From positions 17,546,001 through 17,610,000 of the forward strand of contig JANJGN010000010.1 in NCBI GenBank assembly GCA_026770705.1: 64,000 nucleotides of DNA, in the 5' to 3' direction. Shown here piece after piece: positions 62,860 to 64,000 of this stretch. Numbering within the stretch: the first letter of the stretch is position 1; every line of letters begins with the position of its first letter. Source of the stretch: Isurus oxyrinchus (lineage: Eukaryota). The notes under the pieces are model-generated. The model was not told where the DNA came from. It saw nothing but the letters and a program-made list of their open reading frames with translations, and did no database searches. The position numbers and the translations under genes were made by a program.

Positions 62860-64000
62860 TCAGGGCCCAGCATATTTCTCACTTTTCTATTATGATCAAA
62901 CCAGGCGTATTGCCCCATGGAGAGTATGCTGGAGCAGCACCAGACACACCTAAAAATGAGGTGCCAATCTGGTGAAGCAGCTACAGGGGCCACATGCTTG
63001 CTAAACAGCAGAAGCAGCAAGCTACGTTCAGAGTTAATTGATCGCACAAACAATGAAGCAGATTAATCCTGCAGTAGTCCTGCTGCATCCAGTTGTGAAT
63101 GGAGGTGGACATTTAAACAACTTACTGGAGGAAGAAGCTCCACAAATATCCCCATCCTCAATGAAGGAACCCAGCACAAGAGTCCAAAAGACAAGGCTTA
63201 AGAATTTGCAACCAGCTTCAGCCAGAAGTGCCGAGTGGATGATCCATCTCTGCCGCCTCCTGAGGTCCCACCATAAGAGAAGCCAGTCTTAAGCCAATAA
63301 GATTCATTCCACATGATATCAAGAGATGGTTGAATGCAGTGGATATTGCAAGGGCTGTAGGCCACAACAACACCTTAGCTATAGAGATCCATCACCAACT
63401 ACACCTCTAACCAAACTAAAAACAGAATTACCTGGAAAAACTCAGCAGGTCTGGCAGCATCGGCAGAGAAGAAAAGAGTTGACGTTTCGACTTTTCCTTC
63501 TCCACTGCTGCTGCCAGACCTGCTGAGTTTTTCCTGGTAATTCTGTTTATGTTTTGAATTTCCAGCATCCGCAGTTTTTTGTTTTTACACCTCTAACCAA
63601 GTTGTTCCAGTAGAGCTACAGCATTGACATCTACCTGACAGTGTGGAAATTGCCCAGATATGCCCTGTCCATTATTACCCTGTTAGTCTACTCTCAATCA
63701 TCAGTAAAGTGATGGAAGGTATCACCAACAGTGCCATAAGTGGCACTTACTCAGCAACAACCTGCTGACCAATGATAGGTTTGGGTTCTGCCAGGGCCAC
63801 TTGTCATCAGGCTCCAGTCATCATTACAATCTTAATCCAAACATGGGCAGAAGAGCTGAGTCCAGACGTGAGGTGAAAGTGACCACCCTTGACACCAAAG
63901 CACCTTTTGACTGAGTGTGGCATCAAGGAGCCCATTCAAAACTGAAATCAATGGGAATCAGGGGGAAACTCTCCAAAGGTTGGAGCCATACCTAGCACAA
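62860..64000 (+). mobile_element. Internal RT-region fragment of the tRNA-headed LINE family, running off the window
   Basis: Reverse-complement homolog of ~54790-55720; gtgaccacccttgacaccaaagcaccttttgactgagtgtggcatcaagg matches the LD.K.AFD.VWH motif. Confidence 0.85.
63415..63585 (+). mobile_element. Short Penelope-like inverted-repeat insertion
   Basis: Inverted arm from aaaaacagaattacc (63418), forward arm and tail to 63585; TSD tacacctctaaccaa at 63400-63414 and 63586-63600; removing it restores the host LINE. Confidence 0.85.

Overview
Repeat-dense eukaryotic DNA, almost certainly from a cartilaginous fish (shark), judged by its CR1/L2 LINEs, DeuSINE/SacSINE1-type SINE, Penelope-like ends and PIF/Harbinger elements. 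It has four N gaps. I recognise no intact host protein-coding exon; nearly all ORFs in the track are transposon fragments, their antisense frames or low-complexity artefacts. Supported content: (i) a decayed two-gene PIF/Harbinger transposon (HARBI1-like transposase on +, spliced Myb/SANT gene on -) interrupted by a solo LTR, plus many Harbinger MITEs, two of which keep only Myb exon 1; (ii) many CR1 and L2 fragments; (iii) three young Penelope-like insertions, each an asymmetric inverted repeat with a 15-bp TSD and hammerhead-ribozyme-like sequence (motif complete in two copies, truncated in the third); one is a perfect 103-bp-arm palindrome; (iv) a ~3.15-kb single-ORF (endonuclease+RT) CR1-group LINE whose 5' end is a tRNA-like Pol III A/B-box head, with the window's common SINE being that LINE's head joined to its tail; (v) an ~850-bp-arm inverted duplication; (vi) splice-signal evidence for a minus-strand, apparently non-coding host transcript. 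The best candidates for a new system are the tRNA-headed LINE/SINE pair and the hairpin-forming Penelope insertions. Family names come from recognition, not from a database search.
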